A stretch of 64,000 nucleotides of DNA. Origin: Mycobacterium phage prophiT37-1. The DNA lies in sequence record OQ417969.1; one strand, written 5' to 3'. The notes beneath the pieces are model-generated. The model saw only the letters and a program-made list of their open reading frames with translations. It was not told where the DNA came from and ran no database searches. Below, one piece after another: positions 1 through 8,479 of the stretch (position 1 is its first letter; the number at the start of each line of letters is the position of its first letter). A program made the translations under genes and the position numbers.

Positions 1-37
1 CAGAAGGTTGGGGGTTCGAATCCCTTCGGGCGCACCA
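1..37 (+). tRNA. 3' end of a tRNA gene (T-arm, 3' acceptor strand, A73, encoded CCA); probable attL/common core of prophage insertion
   Basis: GGGGG-TTCGAAT-CCCTT T-arm followed by CGGGCGC-A-CCA; the 5' part of the tRNA lies left of the window so the isotype cannot be called. Confidence 0.6.
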
Positions 38-266
38 CAGACGGCCCGTCGCCCTCGGGCGGCTGCTCACCTTCGCCGTCGGCTAACCAACTAACTGGAA
101 CACCGCAGGCGAGTGCCCAGGCGTTTAGGACAATTTTCTTGGGGACGGTCCGGCCCTTTTCGCAATTGCCAATTACTGACCGGCCGACGCCCATCATTTC
201 GGCCAGTTGCCTTTGATCTAGTTGGGCTTCTTCCCGTGCGATCTGTAGGCGGTATCGCAGACGCAT
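1..266 (-). CDS. immunity repressor, XRE-family HTH; 3' end runs off the window through the tRNA/att core
   Basis: minus-strand frame open from stop at 440-438 to the window edge. Best start is ATG 266-264 (alternatives 302, 416), giving N-terminus MRLRYRLQIAREEAQLDQRQLAEMMGVGRSVIGNCEKG, a canonical XRE helix-turn-helix. Divergent from a cro/xis-like gene. Confidence 0.6.
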   Translation of the reverse strand, partial: MRLRYRLQIAREEAQLDQRQLAEMMGVGRSVIGNCEKGRTVPKKIVLNAWALACGVPVSWLADGEGEQPPEGDGPSVVRPKGFEPPTF

Positions 267-464
267 TGGGGGGATGTTCCCGGTTTCGTATGCAACGGTC
301 ATATGCGCATGGTATGCGCGTACGCGCACACTCGCAAGGTGGTGCAAATTGACCCGATCCGCAAACACCCCCTGATTGCTACTAAAGCCCAATAAGTTCC
401 CTATCTGCGAAAACATCCATAGATGCGCTTGCGCGCACTATGCGAATATGCGCAAGATGGGCGT
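267..464. promoter_or_regulatory. divergent promoter/operator region between repressor and cro-like gene
   Basis: perfect palindromes ATGCGCAT (303-310) and TGCGCGTACGCGCA (315-328); repeated 9-mer ATATGCGCA (301-309 and 446-454); further ATGCGC half-sites at 423-437. Confidence 0.5.
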
Positions 465-698
465 ATGGCCGCACCAACCGCTGAGACACCCGAGCAGCCA
501 GACGAGATCACCGTCACCAAGGCCGCGACTACATACAACGTCTCCAAACGGACCCTCCAGGCACTCGCCGTGTCCGGCCGCATCCCTGCACGATTGGTCG
601 GCAAGACCTACCTGCTCGACCACCAGGCAGTCCGCCTATACGCACAGGCGCGCCAGGCCACCCGCGACCTCAACGACTACGCCCAGGCCGCGTCATGA
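465..698 (+). CDS. Cro/Xis-like DNA-binding protein (excisionase/MerR-type HTH)
   Basis: ITVTKAATTYNVSKRTLQALAVSGRIPARLVGKTYLL is a typical phage Xis/HTH_17-like motif; start chosen downstream of the operator repeats (alternative ATG 423). Confidence 0.55.
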   Translation: MAAPTAETPEQPDEITVTKAATTYNVSKRTLQALAVSGRIPARLVGKTYLLDHQAVRLYAQARQATRDLNDYAQAAS

Positions 699-1609
699 GC
701 ACCGTCGCAGCCACCGCCATGTCCCCGTCGGCCGCTCGTGACCTCACCGAGCGCATCCGCACCACCATTGACCGCGCCTGGGACCTCATCGCCAAGGCAT
801 ACACAGACCGCGCCTGGGCTGTCCTCGGATACCCGACCTGGGACGTCTACTGCGAACGCGAGTTCGGGTCCACCTGGTTCAAGCTGCCCCGCGACACCCG
901 CGGCGAGGTAGTGCAGTCCCTGCGCGACCTCGGCCTGTCCACGCGCGCCATCGGCTCCGCGATAGGGGTCGATGACCGCACCGTCCGCCGCGACCTGTCA
1001 GGCGCGGCATCTGCCGCACCTGCGGCTGTCATGGGCACCGACGGCAAGACGTACGCGTCCACCCAGCCCGTCCGCCCTCACCTGGCCGTCGTGCCAGACC
1101 TCCCCACAACCGAAGACCACCCGGAGACCGCCCCGACGTGCGAAGGCGGGACGGCCTCCGGGGTTCCACTGACCCCGTCGCTACTCATGACCGGCGACGG
1201 GTACTCAGTCGTGCACAACGCACCCGTGACCGACGGCGTAGAGCCGACCCTCACCTCGTTCGCCATGTGCCCCTGCGGCGCCCGAGCCGAGCTGTACGAC
1301 AACGCCACCCAGGAAGACCGCGAACGCTTCGACGAGTTCGACGACATCCACCGCTACTGCGACGACCTGACGGAACCTGTCGCGACAGAACCGGAACCCG
1401 AGCCAGCGCCAACCCCAGCGCGCCGGAAACCGATCACAGACTCCTTCGACGACGCCACCACGGCAGTCACGAAGGCGGTGAAGCGGGTAGAGGCACTGGC
1501 GGCCGACGACCGCTTCGACAAGAACGCGGACCAACTCGCCCTACGCAAGAGCGACCTGGTCCGCGCACGAGACGCGCTGCAACGCGTCATCGAGAAGTTC
1601 CCCTCGTAA
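695..1609 (+). CDS. hypothetical early protein with HTH-like segment
   Basis: 304-aa ORF with ATGA overlap to upstream gene; LGLSTRAIGSAIGVDDRTVRRDL resembles an HTH. Confidence 0.5.
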   Translation: MSTVAATAMSPSAARDLTERIRTTIDRAWDLIAKAYTDRAWAVLGYPTWDVYCEREFGSTWFKLPRDTRGEVVQSLRDLGLSTRAIGSAIGVDDRTVRRDLSGAASAAPAAVMGTDGKTYASTQPVRPHLAVVPDLPTTEDHPETAPTCEGGTASGVPLTPSLLMTGDGYSVVHNAPVTDGVEPTLTSFAMCPCGARAELYDNATQEDRERFDEFDDIHRYCDDLTEPVATEPEPEPAPTPARRKPITDSFDDATTAVTKAVKRVEALAADDRFDKNADQLALRKSDLVRARDALQRVIEKFPS

Positions 1610-1629
1610 CCACAACAAGGAGTTGCTTC

Positions 1630-2493
1630 ATGTCGAATGCTATACCGCTGCACCGGCCACCGGCCATCACGACGGACATCGAAACCATCGACGGCCCGAC
1701 CGCCGACGCGTACCTCAAGTTCAACACCCACAACCGCCCCCTCAACGAGCGCAAGGTCATCCAGCTGGCCGCCGACATGGAGGCAGGCCGTTGGCAGATG
1801 AACGGCGAGGCAATCAAATTCGATACCGAGGGCGCCCTGCTGGACGGCCAGCACCGCCTCCACGCCGTCTCCTTGTGCGGTGTGTCCATCGACTCGGTCG
1901 TCGTCCGCAACCTGCCACCCGAAACCCAGATCACCATGGATCAGGGCACCAAACGGTCACCCAGCGACCAACTCAACCTGTCCGGCATCACCGCCTCCAA
2001 GTCCGATGCCTCGGCCGTCAAGACGCTGATCATCTGGGAGCGCGGCTGGTTCTACACCGACCGCGCCACCGGCGCAGTCACCAGCTCTGAGATCGTCGAA
2101 TGGACCCTCGCCAACCCCGGCACCTTTGAGTTGATCAGGCGCGGCACCCACTACACGCGCATCAAGGCGCGCCGCGGCCTCATCATGGCCGTCTACGCGG
2201 GCATCGGCCGCATCCACGGTGTCGAGGTCACCTCCGAATTCTTTCAACGCACCCTCGACGGCGTCGGCCTCGAAATCGGCTCGCCAATCCTTGCACTGCG
2301 CAACAGGTTCGACCGCGTTCGTGGCGAGGGCTTCAAGATGCCCGACGCCGAGGCCATCGGCTACTTCGTCGCCGCCTTCAACCACTGGCTATCCGACCAC
2401 CACGTGGCCCGGTTGCAGCAGCCCAAGGGAGGCTGGAATAAGACCAACTTCCCGCAGCTCGTAGGCGCACCAGCACAGGAAGTACTCCGGTGA
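1630..2493 (+). CDS. ParB-like nuclease domain protein
   Basis: AAGGAG RBS 8 nt upstream; N-terminal IETIDGPTADAYLKFNTHNRP...LLDGQHRLHA matches the ParB/Srx N-terminal domain. Confidence 0.7.
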   Translation: MSNAIPLHRPPAITTDIETIDGPTADAYLKFNTHNRPLNERKVIQLAADMEAGRWQMNGEAIKFDTEGALLDGQHRLHAVSLCGVSIDSVVVRNLPPETQITMDQGTKRSPSDQLNLSGITASKSDASAVKTLIIWERGWFYTDRATGAVTSSEIVEWTLANPGTFELIRRGTHYTRIKARRGLIMAVYAGIGRIHGVEVTSEFFQRTLDGVGLEIGSPILALRNRFDRVRGEGFKMPDAEAIGYFVAAFNHWLSDHHVARLQQPKGGWNKTNFPQLVGAPAQEVLR

Positions 2494-2589
2494 TCCGCGA
2501 GGTAGTCGTCCCCATGTTCTGGATGCTCCTGTTCGGTGCCTTCGTTGGCGTCGTCCTCACGGTCAACGTCATGGCCGCCCGGTGATGAC

Positions 2590-2946
2590 ATGGCGCGCAT
2601 CCACCAACGACTCGAGTTGCCAATGCATCTCACGGACATCACCGGCGACCAAACCGTGGCCGACGCTGCGCGCCTGCTATCCCTCGACCCGGCAATCGCC
2701 GTCGGCCGCGACCAACTCTTCGACGCCATGGCCCGCGAGGAATGGATATTCCGCGGCCGTGACCACCGCTGGATCGCCTACGCCGAATCCGTAACCCTCG
2801 GCTACCTCGCACTCCACGACGGAGGCGAATACCAAACGCCCGCAGGACAAACCAGAGAACGTCCCAAACAGATCTACCTAACCCCTAACGGTGTCGCGGA
2901 AATGCACTACCGCCTCGGCGGTAGCCAACAACTAGCACTGACCTGA
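2590..2946 (+). CDS. hypothetical protein
   Basis: ORF in frame of 2536..2946; start uncertain. Confidence 0.4.
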   Translation: MARIHQRLELPMHLTDITGDQTVADAARLLSLDPAIAVGRDQLFDAMAREEWIFRGRDHRWIAYAESVTLGYLALHDGGEYQTPAGQTRERPKQIYLTPNGVAEMHYRLGGSQQLALT

Positions 2947-2977
2947 TCAACCACTCACTCAGCACAAGGAGACAGCT

Positions 2978-3127
2978 ATGCCCGTACGAGAATCCAAGTG
3001 GTGGCGCCGCGCCCTATTCGGTGTCCAACCGACACCGCCACCGACGCCCCCAAGTCCCAACCCAATCTGGGACGAGCTGGCCGCCAAGCATGGCAGCCCG
3101 GCTGAAATATGGGGTACAGCAGCATGA
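2978..3127 (+). CDS. small hypothetical protein (49 aa)
   Basis: strong AAGGAG RBS directly upstream of the ATG; not in the supplied ORF track because it is under 60 aa. Confidence 0.35.
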   Translation: MPVRESKWWRRALFGVQPTPPPTPPSPNPIWDELAAKHGSPAEIWGTAA

Positions 3128-3738
3128 TTGAGAACACCTCGCAACGCCACCCCATCGAGCATCTAGTTGGCTGCCTGGACGGCAACACCTCCAACTACAT
3201 CGAGGGCATGGAGCGAACTGGGCAACAGCAGCTCCTCACGTCCGACCTCCTCCCTGCCAATGCCGGGCGAGTGTGGTCAGGCGAGGGCGACGCAATGCTC
3301 GACATCAGTGGCTGGGATGTTCTGGAACAGTGGGGATTCCAACGCAGCGAACGCGTTGAGGGCGATCCGCTATTCGTTCGGGCCACCCTCCCGGAAGGGT
3401 GGTCACGCAAGGGCAGTGAACACGCCATGCACTCAACCATCGTCGACGACCGCGGCGTAGAACGCGTCAGTGTCTTCTACAAGGCTGCCTTCTATGACCG
3501 CCGCGCCAGTATGTCCGTGATCACCGACCCCGGAGGCAATCTCGGAAGCACCGCGATCTATAGCGACGCCGCCGTGGCCCTGCCGGACGAATGGGCGGTG
3601 CTCACCACCGAAGAGCGCGACGGATTCCGAGGCGCGCTCGATAGCTATCTGCGTCGAGCCGACGAGTATCCAGACATCTACGAGGACCGAGTGCCCCGCG
3701 TGCGTAGCCTCCTGGCGCTGGTGGAGGCCGCCGCATGA
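3124..3738 (+). CDS. hypothetical protein
   Basis: ORF overlapping the upstream stop (ATGA-type). Confidence 0.5.
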   Translation: MIENTSQRHPIEHLVGCLDGNTSNYIEGMERTGQQQLLTSDLLPANAGRVWSGEGDAMLDISGWDVLEQWGFQRSERVEGDPLFVRATLPEGWSRKGSEHAMHSTIVDDRGVERVSVFYKAAFYDRRASMSVITDPGGNLGSTAIYSDAAVALPDEWAVLTTEERDGFRGALDSYLRRADEYPDIYEDRVPRVRSLLALVEAAA

Positions 3739-4034
3739 TTCGCCAACTTCCCACCGTCGCTATGGCTGCCGCGCTGGCGCTCGCCACCGCAGCACCTGCG
3801 TCGGCCGACAGGGTCAACGACGTCGCCAATGACATCGGCGGCGCAGTCTGCGTCATCGTCGGCGCCGACCCAACCTTCCACGGCATCAACAGCATCGGCC
3901 AGGCGCTCAACCTACGGGGGTTCACCGACCAGGCCGCCGGACGCGTCATCGCTCTCTCGGTATCCGCCTACTGCCCATGGCATCAACCACTCATCGACCT
4001 GTACACCAAGGCATCCCGCTGGAGGACTGCATGA
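3735..4034 (+). CDS. small secreted protein
   Basis: N-terminal signal peptide MIRQLPTVAMAAALALATAAPASA. Confidence 0.5.
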   Translation: MIRQLPTVAMAAALALATAAPASADRVNDVANDIGGAVCVIVGADPTFHGINSIGQALNLRGFTDQAAGRVIALSVSAYCPWHQPLIDLYTKASRWRTA

Positions 4035-4603
4035 GCCGCGACGTATGGGTCATCGACCTGGAGACAACCGGACTCGACCGGAATGTCCACCTACCCGTGG
4101 AAGTGGCCGCGATCAACCTCAAGAACGGACGCGAAATCCACTTCGTGCCCTTCATCACTGGCGAGGCACTAGGACAAGCGGACCGAGAAGCCATGCGGAT
4201 CAACAAGTACCACGAGCGGGCGCTGTACAAAGATCAGCTCGACCGCAACAACTCGATTCGCAGCTACCAAGACCTTTTCGAGTTGTTGCACGGCCAAACA
4301 TTGGCAGGGGCAAACCCCAGGTTCGACGCCGACATGCTCCTCAACGGATACGCGTGGCAGCTAGAACAGGGGCCACTCGTAGCCGGGGTCAGCACCCGCA
4401 TCGAGGAGCCGTGGCACCACCGGCTCGCAGACCTATGTGCCTACACCGCAGGACAACTCGACATCTCGCCAGACGACATACCCGGCCTCGCCGGGGTGTG
4501 CCAACTACTTGGCGTCACCAACGAGGCCGAGCACACCGCGATAGGTGACGCCCGCGCAACCGTCCAATGCTTCCGCCGCCTCTACCCCGGGAAGGACCAA
4601 TGA
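4031..4603 (+). CDS. DEDDh 3'-5' exonuclease (DnaQ-like)
   Basis: Exo motifs VIDLETTG, NPRFDADML and HTAIGDARAT. Confidence 0.7.
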   Translation: MSRDVWVIDLETTGLDRNVHLPVEVAAINLKNGREIHFVPFITGEALGQADREAMRINKYHERALYKDQLDRNNSIRSYQDLFELLHGQTLAGANPRFDADMLLNGYAWQLEQGPLVAGVSTRIEEPWHHRLADLCAYTAGQLDISPDDIPGLAGVCQLLGVTNEAEHTAIGDARATVQCFRRLYPGKDQ

Positions 4604-4854
4604 ACGACCCCGTCGCACGCCACAACCAGCTGGTGAGCAAGAACATCGAAATCGCCATGAGCAAGTTGTCTCCCATGGAGCGGCTGCGGAAGCAGACAGC
4701 CGCCAATTCCAACACCCTCGGGTACGCCGTCTTCCTGGGACTGCAACGACAGGCCAACACCTACGCCGGGACAGTGCCCGCAGACGAGGTCCAGCGTCGG
4801 CGCCGCCGGAACCGTGCGGCCCGCAAGGCGCGCCGCAGGAACCGCGCAGCATGA
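4600..4854 (+). CDS. hypothetical basic protein
   Basis: ATGA overlap; Arg-rich C-terminus. Confidence 0.45.
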   Translation: MNDPVARHNQLVSKNIEIAMSKLSPMERLRKQTAANSNTLGYAVFLGLQRQANTYAGTVPADEVQRRRRRNRAARKARRRNRAA

Positions 4855-5636
4855 GGAAAGAATGCACCCGCCCCAACTGCACCGAGTTGGTGCAGGCCCG
4901 CGGGCTGTGCCCCACCCACTACGCAAAGTACCGGCGCCTCGCCGTCTCCGACGGCCGCTGGAGCCCACTACACGTACCAGCGGACGACACCCGCACCCGC
5001 GTCCTCGCCCTCATGGCAGCGGGCGTCGGCATATCCCGAATCGCAGAACTAGCTGGAGTGACCCACCGGGCCATCGACTTCCTGACCAGGGAAGACCAAC
5101 GGCTGGTGAAACGGACCACCCGCGCCGCCATCCTCGCTATCCCGGTGCCTGTATGTCCGTTTGGGCCGCAGATGGCCGCTGGCGCGCGGATCGATGCCAC
5201 CGGTTCACGGCGCCGCGTCCTGGCCCTTTCCGCGGTCGGATGGTCTCAACAGCACCTCTCGGTACGCCTCGGGCTAGACCCCGGCGGCCTGTCCAAGGTC
5301 GCGACGGGCGCCGTCAAGAAGGTCACGGTGGCCCGCGCCCGAGAGATCGACGCGCTGTACCGCGAGTTGCAGGAGGTACCAGGTCCTTCCGACGTCGCAC
5401 GGCGCATCGCCACGCAGAGGGGATGGCCGCCGCCGGTGGCATGGGACGACACCGAAATCGACGACCCAGCGGCAACGGCCCACGTCCGCGGAGGGCAGGT
5501 CGTGTGGATCGACCTGTACCGCGACTACCTCGACCTCGGACTGTCCAACGACGAGATCGCCGAACGCATGGGAGTCACAACGGAATCCGTCGAGGCACGA
5601 CTCAAGCGGCTACGCAAGAAGGGCATAGCGGCATGA
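4851..5636 (+). CDS. DNA-binding protein with several HTH-like repeats
   Basis: repeated G(V/I)xxIAELAGVT-type HTH segments. Confidence 0.5.
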   Translation: MRKECTRPNCTELVQARGLCPTHYAKYRRLAVSDGRWSPLHVPADDTRTRVLALMAAGVGISRIAELAGVTHRAIDFLTREDQRLVKRTTRAAILAIPVPVCPFGPQMAAGARIDATGSRRRVLALSAVGWSQQHLSVRLGLDPGGLSKVATGAVKKVTVARAREIDALYRELQEVPGPSDVARRIATQRGWPPPVAWDDTEIDDPAATAHVRGGQVVWIDLYRDYLDLGLSNDEIAERMGVTTESVEARLKRLRKKGIAA

Positions 5637-5845
5637 CGGCACGCAAAAAGGCCGAGCCGCTACCTGGTGCCATAACCACTCAGGAACGCAACGACGGCAC
5701 CGGTTGGAGCTGGCGATGGTTCTCCAACAAGGGCAACGTGCACTTTCACCCGGGACCGTTCCCAACTACCGCTGCTGCGCGCGCCGCAGCCCGTAAGTGG
5801 GTACGAGACAACGTCCTTCGCGAGGCGCCCGGTGACGACGAATGA
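5633..5845 (+). CDS. hypothetical protein
   Basis: ORF with translational coupling. Confidence 0.4.
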   Translation: MTARKKAEPLPGAITTQERNDGTGWSWRWFSNKGNVHFHPGPFPTTAAARAAARKWVRDNVLREAPGDDE

Positions 5846-6027
5846 GCGCGCGGCGACGCTGCCCGGTCTGCGGTGCAACCGTGTTCCGCACACCCAAGGG
5901 CAACGTCCTCGCTCATCACGACCCACACGGCATAGCGCGCTGCCCCATGTCATACGAGAAGTTCGACCTGTGCGAGCCGTGGACCCCACGCGTCAAACAC
6001 ATCTGGGAACGGCGAGCCGCAGCGTGA
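5842..6027 (+). CDS. small zinc-ribbon-like protein
   Basis: CPVCG...CP..C pattern. Confidence 0.4.
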   Translation: MSARRRCPVCGATVFRTPKGNVLAHHDPHGIARCPMSYEKFDLCEPWTPRVKHIWERRAAA

Positions 6028-6374
6028 CAACAGACGACATCTGGGCAGAGCCGTACATATACCAGTGGACCGAAGACCTGACTCGTGAGCACGTCAAGGG
6101 CCGGTCAATGGGCTGGTGCGAGTGGTGCGGCAAGCAGCACGGGACAGACATGCACCACCGCCGCAATCGGTCACAAGGCGGCCAGTGGCACCCGGCCAAC
6201 ATCGTGCACCTGTGCCGCGACTGCCACCACTGGGTCACCACCAACCCGGTGGACGCCGAAGCAGTCGGACTCACCCTCACCCACGGCCAGGACCTCTACG
6301 ACACCCCCATCGCGCTGCCTCTGCACGACATCTACCTGCACGACAACTACCTACCGAAGGGCCGCAACGCATGA
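6024..6374 (+). CDS. HNH endonuclease
   Basis: CEWCG...HHRRNRSQGG...NIVHLCRDCHHW is an HNH motif; GTG start overlapping the upstream stop. Confidence 0.7.
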   Translation: MTTDDIWAEPYIYQWTEDLTREHVKGRSMGWCEWCGKQHGTDMHHRRNRSQGGQWHPANIVHLCRDCHHWVTTNPVDAEAVGLTLTHGQDLYDTPIALPLHDIYLHDNYLPKGRNA

Positions 6375-7267
6375 CCGCCGCCGACACCAAGCTGATCCCT
6401 GCCGTGGACGGTATGTATGCCGGTATCCCCGACGAGGCCTACCACGCAGACCGCGGCAGCCTGTCCTCCTCCGGCGCCCGCGCGCTCCTGGCGCCGTCAT
6501 GCCCAGCGATATTCCGCCACTACCAGGACCAGCCGCGGACACCGAAGAAGGAGTACGACTTCGGCCACGCTGCCCACCTGTACGTACTCGGCGAGGGCGG
6601 GGAGATCGTCGCGCTAGACCCGAAGGAACACGGGTTGACGAAAGACGGCAAGGTGTCCGACTCGCCTACATCGACCGCTATGTGGAAGGAGGCGGCGAAG
6701 GAGGCCCGCGCTAACGGCCAGATACCCATGCACATCGACGATGTCGCGGAGGCAAAGGCTATGGCCGCCAAGGTCCGCGAGCACCCCATTGCCCGCATCC
6801 TGCTGGCAGACGGAACACCCGAGCTATCCGGGTACTGGCACGACCCTGAAACCGGGGTGCGACTGCGCCTCCGGCCCGACTGGCTCCCCAACCCCGGCCG
6901 CCACCGCCTGGTGGTTGTCGACTACAAGACCTCGACATCGGCGCACCCAGGTCACTTCGCCAAGGCGGCAGCCGAATACGGGTACCACATGCAGGCCCCC
7001 TGGTACCTCGACGGGCTGGCGGCATGCGAGATAGCCGACGACGCCGCGTTCGTGTTCATCGTCCAGTCCAAGAACCCGCCCTACCTCGTGTCGGTCAACG
7101 AACTAGACCCCGCCGCAATCGATCTCGGCCGACGATGCAACCGCAAGGCCATCGACCTCTACGCGCAATGCGTTGCCAACGACCACTGGCCGGACTACGG
7201 CCAGGGCATCAACTCCATATCCCTGCCCAGCTACGCCATCTACCAGCAAGAAGGAGACCTTGACTAA
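6371..7267 (+). CDS. PD-(D/E)XK exonuclease (RecE/Cas4-like)
   Basis: LRPDW...LVVVDYKTS nuclease core; sits immediately upstream of an annealing protein. Confidence 0.7.
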   Translation: MTAADTKLIPAVDGMYAGIPDEAYHADRGSLSSSGARALLAPSCPAIFRHYQDQPRTPKKEYDFGHAAHLYVLGEGGEIVALDPKEHGLTKDGKVSDSPTSTAMWKEAAKEARANGQIPMHIDDVAEAKAMAAKVREHPIARILLADGTPELSGYWHDPETGVRLRLRPDWLPNPGRHRLVVVDYKTSTSAHPGHFAKAAAEYGYHMQAPWYLDGLAACEIADDAAFVFIVQSKNPPYLVSVNELDPAAIDLGRRCNRKAIDLYAQCVANDHWPDYGQGINSISLPSYAIYQQEGDLD

Positions 7268-8475
7268 TGACCGTCTCGCAGTACCAGCCCATCGCCGCTG
7301 CACCCCGGACCGCGATCAGCCAAGCCACCTCGGTGGAACAGTCCCGTGCCGTCGCCGAGGTCCAGTCAGCAGTCATTGTTGCGCAACAGATTCCCCGTGA
7401 CCTCCAGCGCGCCGAGGCGGAAATGCGGGACGCGTGCAGCCGCATGGCCATGGCGGTACAGGCGTTCTACCAGGTGCCCAACCGCGGCACCGGCCCCTCC
7501 GTGCACCTCATGCGCGAGCTGGCCCGGCTGTGGGGCAACGTTCAATACGGCGTCAACGAGCTGCACCGCGACGACCTCAAAGCTGAGTCCGAGATCCAGG
7601 CATTCGCCTGGGACGTCCAGACCAACACGCGCTCCACACGTACGTTCATCGTGCCGCACGCCCGTATGAAGCAGGGGCGCCGCGAGGAGCTAAACGACCT
7701 CGGCGACATCACGAACAACAACAACAATGCCGGTGCCCGCGCTGTCCGCGAATGCATTTCGTCGGTGCTGCCGAAGTGGTTTACCGAGATGGCGCAGGAC
7801 CTGTGCCGCAACACCTTGGAAAAGGGCGAAGGCGTCCCCCTCAAGGACCGCATCGAAACCATGGTCGCCAAGTTCCGGCAGGAACTCGGTGTCACTGAGG
7901 CCCAGATGGAGGCCCGGATCGGGAAGAAGCGCGGCGCCTGGGACGCCGGAGACGTCGCCCAGATGGGCATCACGTACACCTCCATCACCCGCGACGGCAT
8001 GGACCAGCGCGAGATCTTCCCGCCCGCCTCACAGTCCACCCAAGACGAAATCACCGCCCGTGCAACAGAAACAAAGGCCACTCCGAAGACGGACCCCGCG
8101 TCAACGACCACCGGTGATCTGGCGCCCACCATCGGGGACCCGGAAACGGGTTCGGGCGCTACAGAACCCGCGGCCGAGGAGGTCCCCGTGCCGGACGGCG
8201 GTGACCTCATCCCGCCGTCCGGCAGCGGAACACCTGACGGAGCCGACCCGGCAGAAGTGAACAGCCGAGGCGAGTACCTGGCAACGAAGAAGGACATCGG
8301 CACCGTCCGCGGCCTTCTAGGCAACGCCAAGTACTCGTTCCGCACCAAAGAATCCGCTGTCGACGCACTGGCCTACCTCAAGACGGTCATCAGCAGGGAC
8401 ATATCGGACATCAACGACCTGTCCGAAAACGAAGCGGCAAACCTCATCGCCGCACTCAACAACAAGGAGAACTAA
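7267..8475 (+). CDS. single-strand annealing protein (RecT-like)
   Basis: position after the exonuclease; N-terminal region resembles RecT-family SSAPs; acidic Pro/Thr-rich C-terminus. Confidence 0.5.
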   Translation: MTVSQYQPIAAAPRTAISQATSVEQSRAVAEVQSAVIVAQQIPRDLQRAEAEMRDACSRMAMAVQAFYQVPNRGTGPSVHLMRELARLWGNVQYGVNELHRDDLKAESEIQAFAWDVQTNTRSTRTFIVPHARMKQGRREELNDLGDITNNNNNAGARAVRECISSVLPKWFTEMAQDLCRNTLEKGEGVPLKDRIETMVAKFRQELGVTEAQMEARIGKKRGAWDAGDVAQMGITYTSITRDGMDQREIFPPASQSTQDEITARATETKATPKTDPASTTTGDLAPTIGDPETGSGATEPAAEEVPVPDGGDLIPPSGSGTPDGADPAEVNSRGEYLATKKDIGTVRGLLGNAKYSFRTKESAVDALAYLKTVISRDISDINDLSENEAANLIAALNNKEN

Positions 8476-8479
8476 CCAA

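Noticed and set aside
113-741. Plus-strand ORFs 113..352 and 376..741 in the immunity region
   Set aside because: They overlap the better-supported minus-strand XRE repressor and the operator region. Their translations are Arg/Pro-rich low complexity.
7705-7725. AAC repeat (acgaacaacaacaacaatgcc) as a possible slippage site
   Set aside because: Only about five units. It encodes an NNNNN linker inside the annealing protein and is unlikely to be functional as a variable repeat.
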